Shown here in pieces: positions 44,370 through 59,680 of a stretch of DNA of 64,000 nt; the first letter of the stretch is position 1; every line of letters starts with the position of its first letter. The stretch lies in the NCBI RefSeq assembly GCF_009914755.1, contig NC_060940.1; one strand, given 5' to 3'. Source of the stretch: the human T2T-CHM13v2.0 reference genome, Homo sapiens. The notes under the pieces were generated by a model. The model ran no database searches, was not told the DNA's origin, and saw only the letters and a list, made by a program, of their open reading frames with translations. The translations under genes were made by a program, and so were the position numbers.

Positions 44370-45826
44370 CAACACATTAGTAGACAATTCTCATTGAAAA
44401 GATAATTTATTACATTTTCCAAGAGTAGGGGGTGTGCCTCACAATTTTTTTTTAAATTTTACTTTAAATTCTGGGATACATGTGCAGAATATGCAGGTTT
44501 GTTACATAGGTATACATGTGCCATGGTGGTTTGCTGCACCGATCAACCCATCTTCTAGGTTTTAAGCCCCACATGCATTAGGTATTGGTCCTAATGCTCT
44601 CCCTCACCTTGCCCCCCAGTCCCCGACAGGCTCCTGTGTGTGATGTTCCCCTCCCTGTGTCTCTGTGTTCTCATTGTTCAACTCCCACTTATAAGTGAGA
44701 ACATGCAGTGTTTGGTTTTCTCTTCCTGTGTTTGCTGAGAATGATGGCTTCCAGCTTCAAAAAGCAGGGGTTACAATCCTAGTCTCTGATAAAACAGACT
44801 TTAAACCAACAAAGATTAAAAAAGACAAAGAGGGGCATTACATAATGGTAAAGGGATCAATGCAACGAGAAGAGCTAACTATCCTAAATATATACGCACC
44901 CAATACAAGAGCACCCAGATTCATAAAACAAGCTCTTAGAGACCTACAAAGAGACTTACATTCCCACACAATAATAGTGGGAGACTTTAATACCCCACTG
45001 TCAATATTAGATCAACGAGACAGGAAAATAACAAGGACATTCAGGACTTGAACTCAGTTCTGGACCAAGCAGACCTAATAGACATATACAGAACTTTCCA
45101 CCCCAAATCAACAGAATATACATTCTTCTCAGTACCACATAGCACTTATTCTAAAATTGACCACATAATTGGAAGTAAAACACTCCTCAGCAAATGCAAA
45201 AGACTGGAAATCATAACAGTCTCTCAGACCACAGTGCAATCAAATTAGAACTCAGGATTAAGAAACTCACTCAAAGTTGAACAACTATATGGAAATTGAA
45301 CAACCTGCTCCTGAATGACAACTGGGTAAATAACAAAATTAAGTGCTTCACTATTATAAAGGAGGCACATGGGGAAGCAGTGGGGTCCGCTCAGGGGCAG
45401 AAAACTGCAGGAAAGAGCCTTTTTGTGGTTTCTGCAGGAAGGCATGAGCCATGTGAGGTAAGCAGGCTTAGAATTAGCCATTTTGAATAATTACTGTGGT
45501 CTCTCAGGCACAGGGACTGTCCCTATTTTTCTAGTACCTGGCCCTGGGTGACTAGGGCAGGTGGATAATACCAGAGAGTGAAAGCTGAACCTAGAAGGTA
45601 GTTGGAGAGTGGTCTATGGATTGGTTAGTTTATATTTGAGAAGTTTGTCCCCTAGGAAGAGAATCTTCTCAAGAGGGTAAGGAGTGACAAAGGGTGCAGG
45701 AGGTCAAGGCAAGGTGACTCAGGTATACTATCAAGTGTCGATAACAAGGCATGCCCAGCATATGCATGTAGGGCAAATGTTAAAGCATCAGATTTACAGA
45801 AGCTAGAAACATAGTTAATATAACAT
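44370..45826 (-). mobile_element. ERVL-class LTR (MER54/73/74-like group) hosting the L1PA8
   Basis: Shares motifs with 20322-20742 (tgaataatt, tacctggccctggg, ggattggttagttt); reverse complement starts near tgttatattaactatgtttc; left boundary approximate. Confidence 0.55.
44447..45342 (-). mobile_element. L1PA8-like insertion with inversion: antisense 3' end (44447-44759) joined to a sense endonuclease-domain segment (44758-45342)
   Basis: TSD gtgcctcacaatt (44434-44446) / gtgcttcactatt (45343-45355); the sense part encodes KAGVTILVSDKTDFKPTKIKKDKEGHYIMVKG...IVGDFNTPLS. Confidence 0.9.
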
Positions 45827-45829
45827 GGA

Positions 45830-48800
45830 ACAAAGATTTGTAGACACTGTATAACATGTAGCATTGGACAATGATCACTCAGAGAAGGGAAACAAAAAAG
45901 ATAAGCCCTACAGTTGCTCCAGCTTAAGTCCAAAGGAGAGTTTATAGGTCAAAGGACAGTGATGGTAAACCTGGTCAAAGTTAAGAGGCTTCATTGAGTT
46001 GAGGATGCAGAGGTGAGTGCTGTGGGAAAGCAGAATATAGACTAGGAGGGCTCTGACCAGAATGAAAGCTCATGAAACCCATGAGAAAGGAGCCGAGGAG
46101 GTTTTGGCTGAGCATTCATCTTTACATGCTTGTGAGTAAACCCTGAACTATACTCAAGTAGGTTTTTACACTGCCTACCAAGTGGCACAATAATGTCTGA
46201 GGGAAAACTGTTTTGTGTTCAGATATATCTTATGAAGCCTAGAGAAACCATTAAAATAAACAAAACAGTTATAGCTAAAAAGCCACTAGCAGAGACAAAA
46301 CAGAATTTAAAAGATTCTGTTTGCATTGATCCAAAGAAGGAAGAGAAAGTCTCTTAATTTTCTTCTTTCTTTTGGAAACAAAAAAAGAGAACAAGCGTAA
46401 AAAAAAATGTAGTGAAATTTCTTCTAGTAAATTTCCAAGTTATTATGACTTGTATTACCAGGGTAACAATGAAAATGAGTGCCTCTTTAAGTCAAGCTAC
46501 TTTACAGCGAACTATGGTGCTTAATCACTATCATAATCCAAACGAAGACTCTGACCGATTAGACTCTAATACCATTGAACTGCTTACATTGTCTGAACCT
46601 TAACTTGGCTAATTTGGTTTGGTTTGTTTCATAGGAACTTTTATTAAGGAGTATGCCTTGGCATTTTGATGGTATCCTCTTGATGGTCATAATAATAGTC
46701 CCCTTGGCACGCTGTATCCTCTCAAGTCTTAAATGTTTTGTATGCAGCTATACATTGAGAGTCGAATGGAGTCACTCCAACTGGATCAGCAAGAACATAA
46801 AGAATCATTTAGCTGGTACAAAGCTGCGACTTGTGAATTCCATATAAACACCAAAGAAGACTTGTGAGACTCCATAATGAAACTAAAGATGACTTGTGAA
46901 TTCCACACTGAGACCAAATAAGTCCTTATGATGGTGACAGAGAGCAGTGTCAATGCCTAAAGTTTTGGCCAATCTCTCTAAATTGAGGGGCTGACCAAAA
47001 GGGGGAAATTGTTAAAGCAAACTAAATATGGTCTGAGAAGGACTCCGTATTTCTGTATTTGAGTCCTTGTGGATGAACTGTAACCTAGCTTAATAGGCAG
47101 ACAAAATTGAAAACCTAACTTAGTAATATGCATCTGTAATAACAGCTGAATGTTGGCCAATCCCAGCGGCCATACTCCAACCACTCATAGACTGCTGAGT
47201 GTTCAAACTGCGTTCAAATAAGGCAAATAATAAATTAAATTTCTACTTATACCTTTTTCACAAATAAAATACATGGTTCACATGGTTTTATTGATAAATT
47301 CTACTGTACATATAAGCAATGAATAATACCAATTCTACACAAACTCTTCCAGAATATGGAAGAGGAAAAAACAGTTCTCCACTCCTTTTATGACACCAGC
47401 ATCACTCTGAAGTCTAAATTAGGCAAAGTCAGTTCAAAAAAACTTCAGATTAATGTCTCAGGTGAATATAAAACAAAAATTCTTTAATAAGATATAAGCA
47501 AACCAAATCTAACAATATATAAAGATAAATCATGACCAAGTGAATTCTACCCTAGAAAGAAAAGTTGGTTAATATTCAAAATTAATGTAATTCACCACAT
47601 TCATATGCTAAAATATGATTATCTTAATAAATTTAAGAAAGATTAGACAAAGTTCAACATAAAAATGGGAGCATTCTTCAAAAGGTACTAAAGGTATCCA
47701 TAAAAAATCAAAAGCTAATGTCATCTTAATGGTGGAAGGCTTCATTGTTTTCTTCTATGATCACAAACATGGTGGGTGTCCCTTTATATAAATTCTATGT
47801 AACATTGCATTGGATTTCTTAGAAAGCACAAAATTAAAAAGTATAACGATTGAAAATCCAGCATAAAAACTATTTTTATTTACAAATAATATGTTTATGT
47901 CAAAAATCCTAAATAATCTAAAAATTGTACTAGAATTTATAATTTAGTAAGCCTACATAGAAAGTTTTGAAAAAAATCAATTGTATTTCAATATACTAGC
48001 AATGAACAAATAGAAATTTAAATTAAAACAATACTATTTATAATGACTTGAGATTTATGAAATATTAAAGGCAAATTTACCAAAAAATGTGCGAGACTTG
48101 TACACTGAACACTACAAAATGTTAGGGTAAAAATTAAAATACACATGAATAAATCGGAAGATTCACGATAAGAAGTTTCAATATCTTAAGATGCCTATTA
48201 TTCCCAAATTAAGCTATAGATTCAACTGAATCACACTCAATATCCCAGCAGGATGTTGAGATAAAGACAATATTCTTGTCAAAAAGACACACCCTGAAGT
48301 TGCCCCAGCTTAAGCCCAAAAGAGAGTTTATAAGTTAAAGCTGATTAACCAGTTGATTCTCATACTTCAGGGTTTTCACTATCTAATATGATGGCATACA
48401 TAAAGTTAGTATAGGCAGTGTGCTATTTGCATTAATAGAGACATGCAGATGATGTAACAGGATAGAGAGTTCAAAAACAGACCCACACATTTATAGTTAA
48501 TTGACTTTCAACAAAGACACAGAGGCAATTTAATGGGAAAGAATAATTATTTCAACAATGGTGCTGTAACATTTGGATCTTTGTATGCAGAAGAAGTGAA
48601 GCTCAACCCTTATTTCTTTCACATAAAAATTATCTCAAAATCGATCATAAACCTAATTGTTATTTTGAAAACTATAAAACTTCAAAAAAGAAAATATAGG
48701 AGAAAATACAAGTGACATTGAATTAGGGAAAATACTTTAAAATGAGAAAAAGCATGAAGAATACAAAATAATATATTAAACTTCATTAAAAATTTAGTTA

Positions 48801-49762
48801 TTCAGAAAATATTGTTAGGAAAATGTAAATGCAAACTATAGACAGGAAGAAATCTGATAAAGAATGTGTATCCAGAATTTGTAAGAATTCTTACAACTTA
48901 ATAATAGCAAAACATCTGATTTTTTTTTTAATGGCAAAGACTTAGACATTTTACCAAAGGATATATCAAATAGCAAACAAACCAATTAAAAACAGAAAAG
49001 TATATTTGTTTTTTGTGAAATGCAAACAAAGACTAAAATAAGATAGTAATATATATCCAATAGATACCTAAAATTAAAGACTAATGGAGTTTTGACAAAA
49101 TTGTAGAGTAAGTGAACATCTGCTCTATACATTGCTGATGGTAATGAAAAACTGCAAAAAATTTGGAATACAATTTTTTTTATTATAAAGCTAAATATTC
49201 ATCTAACTATAATCAGCAATTTCACACCAAGTAGTTACCCAAGAGAAGTAAAAATCTATGAAGGTTTGTATTCAAATATTCATAGCAGCTTTCTTTATAA
49301 TAGCTAAAGCCTGGATAAAATGTAAATTTGTATCAACTGGTAAATGCATAAAAATATTGTGGTATATCTATACAAAGGAATTCTACTGAGTGATAAAAAA
49401 CAAGGAACTAGTGATGTGTGCAACTATATGGATAAATCTCAAGGGTATCATACTAAGAGGAAGAAGCCAGGCACAAATGCTAAATACCATATGAATCCAT
49501 TTCTATGAAATTCTAAAAAGGGTGAAACTATAATGATATAAAGAGTAGTGGTATTTGTCAGCCCAGGGGATGGTGAGAGGAACTGACTACAAAGAGATAG
49601 TATGGAACATTTTGAAATGATGGAAATAATCTCTGTATCTTGGTTTTTGTGGTGGTTATACCACTATATACATTTATCAAAACTCTTCTAATTCTATACT
49701 TTAAATTGGTGAAATTTGATATATATATAAATAGCACCACAATAAAGTAAATTAAAACAAAA
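45830..49762 (+). mobile_element. Old L1ME (L1ME1-like) skeleton: 5' region, inter-ORF, ORF2 and 3' UTR fragments
   Basis: 5' motif gatcactcagagaagggaaac...gccctacagttgctccagctt; ORF2 ccaattctacacaaactcttccagaa; 3' end gtggtggttataccactatatacatttatcaaaactc...caataaag. Confidence 0.72.
46590..47228 (+). mobile_element. MER57-type ERV1 fragment: internal 3' end, PPT and first ~220 bp of LTR
   Basis: PPT aaaagggggaaat then tgttaaagcaaactaaatatgg.ctgagaaggactccgta at 47010; stops abruptly after caaataaggcaaa. Confidence 0.8.
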
Positions 49763-52054
49763 TGCCTGCTATAACTCAATAAGATGATATGAGAGAAAAA
49801 TAGACCATGTATATGAAATGTAAAGTATCTTTTTTACATGGGCTTGCTTTGTTAGGCAAAGACATAGCTGAGATTAAAAGAGACCCTGTTCCCTGATGCC
49901 TGTTGCAAAACACTTTGCTCTTATTCTTGTGGAAAGGAGTATGATCAGGCAAATATTCTCCACTGTGAGAGATTGCTTTCCAGGAGAAAGAAATCAATGT
50001 TCAATGTGAGCAACACAAATGCTTCAGACGTTTGTTGATTTGAGGTTACTTGGCCAAATATTAATCTTCATTTTCATTAAAGATTTGATGTTTGGCATTG
50101 GCATTGCCAATAAATTTAATGGATTAAATTATGTGGAAGAAATCACAAAGTATTGATCGTCATTCCAAGGTTGAGATGGAAATTACTTATATTGAGATCT
50201 GAAAGACTGTACCAAAGTCATTGACTTTAGAGGGAGTTGCATGAGCATGGAAAAAATAATCCTATTAAATGTGCAAACAATTTACCTTAGGGAATTAGAA
50301 AACTGCAGTCCAAATTTGTATTTTCAGGAGAGTGCATAAGATTTAACGAGTATATTTTCCTAATATAACTAACACAACATAAATAAGATGTGACAAAATA
50401 TATTGGGATATAATTACACAGAGAACCCCTTGAAACTTTAAGCATTTGTTTTTTATTTCAAACCCCTTTATCTCCTGAATTGAATCCTATTAGAAATTCC
50501 AGAAGATAAACCAATTAACTTCCTGTGGAGAAAAAATAAAATAAAAAAGAAGTCAAAACTCATTTGTTATTGATGAATATAATCTACATTCTGGGCAGCC
50601 TCTCTGAGCAAGCACCGTTTTATCAAAAGCAGTCCTAAGAGGGTATATTGGAAAATGATTTCTCCTTATTTGTACTCATTTCAAAGGTGACTCCATCACC
50701 ATTGTCTGAAAGACAGTTGCCCCTCAGTAACAAATGGTCACTGTTAAATGAATCCCAGAGGTTTGCCACTAATGTAGAACAAAGGGGTAAGAACGCAAGT
50801 GATGGCTCAAGATCTATTTTTCATCGCTGCATAATGTATTGCTTCACTGATCTATCACTAAACAACAGCTGCTGGGCTAGAGGCAGAGTGCACCCCAGGA
50901 GTGACAAACACCTCTGTTAGTGACTGGGAATGTGGGCTTGCCTCCTGCCTTGGACAAAGTCATGGATCGAAGAAGAAAAACGGGTGGGGTGTTACTTCAA
51001 ATCTGCTGCAAAAGGGTTGACTGATGCTCTACACATCAGCATGACAGTCTGCAGCAGACCCAAATCCTCCTGGATATTCATTGTTATCACTGCAGATGTA
51101 GCTCATCTATTTTAAAGGAGTCATTTTGGAGGATAGCATATTTAGCAAGCATTTTCTGCTTTATCCACAGCAGTGGTGTTGGAGATTGTCTTGTTTTTAT
51201 TTTTGGTAAGGCATTCAGATTTAGAATCTCTTCTTCCCTTTTTGCCTATGCCCTCATACCCTGCCCTGTTTCTGCATTCTAATCTTCCCCTGCTCCTTCA
51301 CTACCGTCAAATACCTGCATACAAAGTAGATTTTGCTTCATCTCTTTTATCCTAATTAACAGGAATCCCTGTTTCCATTTCCAGATGTTAGAGAGTGACC
51401 TTCACATCAGTTTTCTGTGTGTAATTATTGCAAACAGCTAGAATTCTTTTTTAAAAAGATTTTTCAAAGCAAATTCATTAAGAATCATAGGAAAAATGAG
51501 CACTTTTTAAAAAGAGGCAATAAAACAATATTTTTTGAGAGAGAAAAAAGTGCATGAGAAAAAAAGAAACTATTAGCAGTGTATATTTTCATTATTGAAA
51601 TGAACATCTCTACCATAATTTTCACTTATCAATTGCATTTTTAAGATCTATTACCAATTCCAAGAAAAGAACCATATGTTATTTAACAGTTTTTAGGATA
51701 CTGCTTTAAAAAGACTTTTGGTGAGGAGACATGCTGTCAGTTCAGTTATAGAAAAAAATAATTTAAAATAATTTAAAATTAAAATTTGTTTCCAATAGCT
51801 TCTCTTCCAGGATGATGGAATTGTCTAGCATTAAGTTTAATTACAAGGGATTGTTATGACAGAGAAAATACTCCCATCCTTGTTTCTTCTTCTCTTTCTC
51901 ATAATTATGAAATCTATGATTTTTGCAATGTGAACAATCACATAAATTTTATAACTATACTAAAGGTTCATGTATTCTTGATAACAAATACAATTATCTT
52001 ACATAAAAAACTCTCTTACTAGAAAGATTAATTTGCTTTATAAATACAAACCCT

Positions 52055-52195
52055 CCATCTACCCACTCATCCATCCACTTCCTTTCTTGATTTATTTATG
52101 CACCCATCCATCAATCTATCCATTCACCCATCTCCCATCCACCCATCCCTCCATCCACCATATATACATACTTACATACATACATACATACATTC
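52055..52195. repeat. Degenerate (CCAT)n / (CATA)n simple repeats
   Basis: Read directly from the sequence. Confidence 0.85.
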
Positions 52196-52760
52196 TTCAT
52201 TTGTTTAGATAATTAATAAGTCAGGAAGCACTTATACCAGGGACAGAATTAGGCACTAGAGATGTGAAGGTAGGAAGGTGGTGTTCATGCTTCACAATTG
52301 AGCTTTAATAGAAAGACTTACAAATATTATAACCACTGTATACCAGGTAATTGATTGAAATGGACCTGTTGTGCACTATAAACATAGAATAACCTCAATC
52401 ATTTTGATGGTATCAAGGAAAGATTTCAAGTAGAAGTAGTATTTTAAGTATTGAAAAATTGGAAGAGATTTTCCAATTGTGCAAGAAAGAAAAAGTAATT
52501 TTAGGCAGAGAAAAAAATATTAAAAGTGTGTGTGTGGGTAGATGGGTGGATTTCAGTATGTTTAATTACCTAGAAATGGATCAGCATTGCCAAATACTGG
52601 TGTTTGAGATGAGGTCCACGAGAAGAAGATGAGGCTGGATAAATAGCTAGAGAGCAGAACAAGAAAAACTCGGTAGGACGGATTTTGAAGTTTAAATACT
52701 TTCAGTTGGTAGCCACTGAAGAATTCGGGGTAAAAAGGGGGACATTATTACTCTCCAAAT
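52190..52760 (-). mobile_element. L2 3' portion
   Basis: ataccagggacaga.ttaggcactagagatg...atcaaggaaagatttc...aggcagagaaaa...agatgaggctgga...gtagccactgaaga. Confidence 0.6.
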
Positions 52761-53173
52761 ATATAAAAGCTGCCATTGAAATCTTTCTATAATAGACTTG
52801 TAAAATATCTTGAATATAAAAACTAAATTATTTATATGTAGCACATATTGTGTGTACACACACACACACATGCACACACACATATGTGCACACACACTTA
52901 TGTGACCAGGAGTTAGGCTGATATTCATACGGAATATATTATTTTCTTGATTTTACTTACTTTTGTCTTAGGTTATTTAGATGAGCAACAATTAAGAGTA
53001 AATTTTCATATATTCTTCATATGAATAAAACATTTTGATCTAAGCATATTAATCTTAGGTTTGTTTAACCCCATCTGGAAAAGTAAGAAAAAATTAGCAC
53101 TTGCTTCCAAAATCACTTATCTTTTTCTCCCACTTATTCTCAAGCTTTCTGGCTCTTTCCTTTACCCCAAATA

Positions 53174-54746
<1,573 letters not shown>

Positions 54747-55465
54747 AACCTTTGCCTTTCTGTCATTCCAACTCCATTTTGGTACTCCCCACAGTGTTAG
54801 TGACACATTTAAAATAAACAGATAAGTCTGGGGAGCAAGATTTTCTACCATTCAGGCTTTGTACCTTTCCAGATAAATGAGATAATACATGCAAAAACAT
54901 CCAGCATAATGCTTTGTAGAGTCTAATATAAAGGAATTAATGTATGTAAAGCAGCTCAGACATTTCTTGGGCAGATAACACACAGTGATGGTGATTCATA
55001 CCTCTGTGTCTAGGAGAGTTAAATGCCAGTGTAGAGACAAAGAATGAGAAAAAAATCCCACCAGCCTGGAAGGTGCATTCCATCAGCTATTACATCTACA
55101 TGTGCTGTTGTGACTTTGTTTTTCTTTCTGTTCAATAGTATGATTTTAAATGGCCTCAGTATTAGCAACTGTGGTCCAAGGAAAGGAAATATGCTGATTT
55201 CAAGGCTACCTGACACATTGATTCTCGTAGATATATAATACACACAATTGTAGGTAGTAGCCTAGTAAAGGCAGCCATGCATGTTGGCAGCTGTTTGAGT
55301 TCACAGAAATAGCACCAACATGCTGCTTGCTTTATTACAGATATCATCAGAACATACCAACACGAAGTTCCAGCATATAGGTCTTAGATTCTCTCCCAGT
55401 AAGACTCCAGGAATGGCTGAACAAAAAGGAGTCAAATTCAGTCTCTGATCTAATCAATCAATCAA

Positions 55466-55477
55466 TCTCTCTCTCTC

Positions 55478-55528
<51 letters not shown>
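55466..55528. repeat. Compound (CT)n(CA)n(CG)n(CA)n microsatellite
   Basis: Read directly from the sequence. Confidence 0.95.
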
Positions 55529-55530
<2 letters not shown>

Positions 55531-58500
55531 TGAGCATGCCAGAATAGGACTCTAATAAGAGCTATTAAAATTTCAGTTACCAAAGTCAGACAAGAGAGTT
55601 TAGGGCATGATCATAGGATCAAGAAACATTATAGATTAAAATAATATGGAGAGTGGAGAAAGAAAGAGAATAGATGCTATGACTTTGGAATCACACAAGC
55701 AGTAAGACAAATCCCCTGGGGCAAAGTATCCCAGTTCTGCCAATGGACACATGGGTATAGTAACCTTAGTTTTCAAATATTCTAGATGGTAAGAAAAAGA
55801 CTACTACTGCTGAATGTCCTATTCTGATCAGATTTGATATAAGAATTGGTTTCTGTATGTATATGTCTGTGTGAGAAGGAATGTTAGCTATCAAACCCAA
55901 CTGAGGTTTTATAATGAAAATGGTTAGAAAACTAAGAACTAGAATATTTTACAAGGAGAAATATAAAGAAAATCTCAGGTACTGTTTATATTTTTCTTTG
56001 AAATTACTCAAGTTCATATTACCTAATTAAATTCAAAATTCTAAATGAATTAATCATCAATTGAAATGAAAAATATTTGGAAAATTTGATTGAACTAACC
56101 AGACAGTTCAAGCAAGAAGGTAAAATCTATGTACATGAAGTCAACATTCTAGAAGACACGCATTCTCTTTCATAATTATCCCCTTTACAAAACACTAACT
56201 TTACAGTTTCACTACGAGTTTACAATGTAGACATATGATAACGAGACAGGCTGTAGTCCTAAAGGTAATTTATTTTTGGATTATCTTGAGTTAACTTATT
56301 TCTTTAGAATGAATTTTGCACAGCAGCTAGTTAATTAATGAGCCTAAAGACACGGATGTGAAGCAGTTGGCCTTACAGCAGTCCCTGTTTAATAGAAAAT
56401 ACATTTAGAACATTCAGTGTGCCTGATTAGTCTCCTCAGTCAGAAAATCCTGTTTCAAACCACATGTGGTGAGGTTTAAATAATTTTTTCCTGCCCTTGG
56501 GGGTTTGATATTCTTAATGACTAATTGTTTTCTGAAAAAGAAAAGAAAATGTAATGTTTTCCAGTAGGAAGCATAATTTACGTGACAATTACAAATCTAA
56601 TTTGGAGACCTAAAGTAAAAGTAAGCTTTTCCTTAAATTCATATTATTAATAATATGATGGAGCCTGGCTATACATATAATTCTATAGAAAAATATAAAG
56701 TTGTGCATCCCAATCTTTGCCCTCAAATATTTACCATTTCTTTGGGGACATGTGCCCAAGGAAGATGCATTTATATACACTGCAAAATAGAATATGATAC
56801 ATTTTTACTAAATAGGGGAGCATTTACTTTTGGGTGGGGATGGATGGGAACCCCTGTCTAGAGGGGTTCTTGGAGAACTCAGTGGACACAGGATACTCTT
56901 TTATGAGTGAAATAATAATAATAAATAAGTTCCCTTTTATTTTTGTGGAACCAGAACTCCACTTGCTAAAAAAATGAATCAATATAATTATTCCAAGATT
57001 AAACTATAGCTGCAGATTCTCAGATGTGGGGTGGGAAGGGTGACGGTTTTATTAAAATGGAATACTATTTCCAGAGACTGAGGGAGGAGTGCTGAGTGTG
57101 CAGGACTGTAGATGCCCACTGAGGCTTTTTCTTATTTAACCGTCTTTTTTATTCATAACAATAGTAGTTTGGTCTAATATGACATCCAAACCATGTGACT
57201 GCTTTCTTATAGATTGTCCCTTTAGCAAATTCTTTAAAGATAGTGTAGTCTTGTCTCTACCTATTTCTCCAGCTCAGACTATAAGATCCATCTGTGCGGC
57301 CAAAGATCTAAGATGATTTGTAGCGTCTCGGCCAAAGAATAGTGAAAGAAGATGCAGAGAGTTCACTCCAGAAACTTTTAATGGCAAATCCAAAGTTAGA
57401 CTCCCATTCAAAGCAGCTGAGCATGGCCCAGAATAAAGAATGTTCAAACCAAAAAGGGGAGTGCTAGGTTTAATCAAATGGATGTTGGGGAAATAAATAG
57501 AAAAGTCATGATTGGAAGGCATGCAGGGGTACAAGGATCTCTCCCACCACACCAGACACTACATCACAATGAAAAGCCTTATTTCAGAGCCAAACTGCTG
57601 ATTGTAGCCTTACCTGTCTGTGCTGAATTAGGAAAGGAAACAATAGTGGATGGTAACAGGAATTTTAGCTTGGAGATGTAGGAACATAAAAGTCATTAAC
57701 ATAGATGTCTTAAATACTAGGGGGTTATAAGTGCTTAAGGTCAAGGAAAAAGAGAATAAAGACTAAAATTAAGTGGTCCAAAGACGTGGTAGTTACGTAT
57801 ACTGTTCTAGGAATCTTACTATTTAAAATACATGATCCATGCACCATCTCTAAGATATTCACTATATTTTGTGTAGATGCAGAGAATGAGTTGTGTTCCT
57901 CATTTTGATACAGACTAACTTGTACTATTCAACACAGATGGTAACAACAAAGGAAAATAACCAAAATATTAAACTTTTAAGACAATAAAAGTTTAATCAA
58001 TCATTTAAATACTATATCCTTTATTCTTTCTCATCAAGATAGCCTTGCAGAAGCATAGAAAAAATAAGTAGCGAAAAACTATTATGAAAAGAAAGTTTAT
58101 TCACAACATTGCTTTAATAATTGTATGTTATTAGAATGTTTGTATGTTACTAAAATGACTCTTCAATGATAAGAATTGATGCCTGAATTCTAAATAATTA
58201 CAAGTACTATGAACCTCACCTCCATACAGAACTTGAATTATTCCTGATCAACAATGGAAAATCCATAGGTTGGATCTGTGTCTCAACCATGGGGTAAAAT
58301 ATTTCTGGTTAAAAGGAGTATTTACACAATAAGCTGCTACCTATCCTCTATCATCTTTCCTTTCTTTGCAGTTGTATTTGCCTTTGTTTACTCCTTGCAA
58401 TCCAGTTACCCTTATTTCTTTCTGTTTCCCCGAGGTTGTGACTTGAGTCCAAACGTCTTGACTAGAATCTCAAATTATTGTTCAGTCTTTACTTATTAAT

Positions 58501-59680
58501 AAAACTATGGTCTTTGAAACAATGAGGAGTCTCAGAACCATTTTGCTGCTAAACACCCAAATGAGAGAATTGACCCTGCTCAGATCTTTCATGTCTCCTC
58601 CTGGATTGATTCAACACAGAGATAGGGACTTGAGAAGAAAGGACTCTACCACGTTAATGTCAAATATACTCTTAACATTTGGGAAATCAGTACAATAGCC
58701 TGGATAGTGCTCTAGCCAAGCCCACTGATCACTTCCCTTTAACAGATGCTATGCTTCATGGTAAAGTTTATGTAAGTCAATAGGCAGAGATAATTAGGGA
58801 AATTTGAGTTACAAATTTCAAGAAACTCAGAAGGAGACAGAATTTTTTCTTAAGGAAGATAGAATTCTGTGGGGTGAGGTGTCATTCTTGAAGTAAAATA
58901 AGTGTAATCTCTAGGAAAACGGGAATTTTCAAGTAAAGGACCATAAATTTAAGCATACATTTCCAAAGAATGAAAATTTATCAAGTCAGATAAATTGCTG
59001 GAGTGGCTCTTTCACCTTTTAAAGCTTTGTCTGAAAATAACAGTAGTTCCCTTATAAGTGGGGGTACTCTCTTGTCATAAATCCCAACACAGAGGATGAC
59101 ATTTATTATAAACTGAAAGGTCTATACCTTAAAGTCAGAGAATAAGAGAAAAATGGAATGTTTTTCATATTGCTTCTCATCTCATGAACTTAAAAAATAC
59201 TCTTTGCATCTTCTATTTTGGCAAAAAGCAAATGCTTTGCCATGTTGAAATTAAAATAGCTATTTCAATTAAAGAAACTCATCAATAACAAGTTAAAGCT
59301 GAAAAAATGTAAACAGTAAATTCAGACCCTAAAATTTCATATTTTTAGGAGAATATAACATAGAGTATTTAGAAAATTTTCAGAGTGTGACTTGCTCAAA
59401 ATCTGAATTCTGTGAAATGTTTTTTCTTTCATGTACAATTATATAGAAAGTGACATTTTAATGAGGTTGAAAACCTAATGAGGATAATCATACCTATACT
59501 TTACTTGGCACTGTGCTAATTTCATTATATACAATGTATCATTTGAATGTAAAATAACTCTATGTGGTCTTATTATTTTCCACATTATAAATGAGGAGAG
59601 TGGAAAAAGTAGTCAGCACCTACAAACTTCAATGTTACACCGCTAAGAGGTAATGCAGTTAAAATACAAACTCAAGATTA

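Noticed and set aside
44695-45248. Endonuclease-like ORFs
   Set aside because: Frameshifted L1 ORF2 EN fragment lacking its N-terminus; not a domesticated gene.
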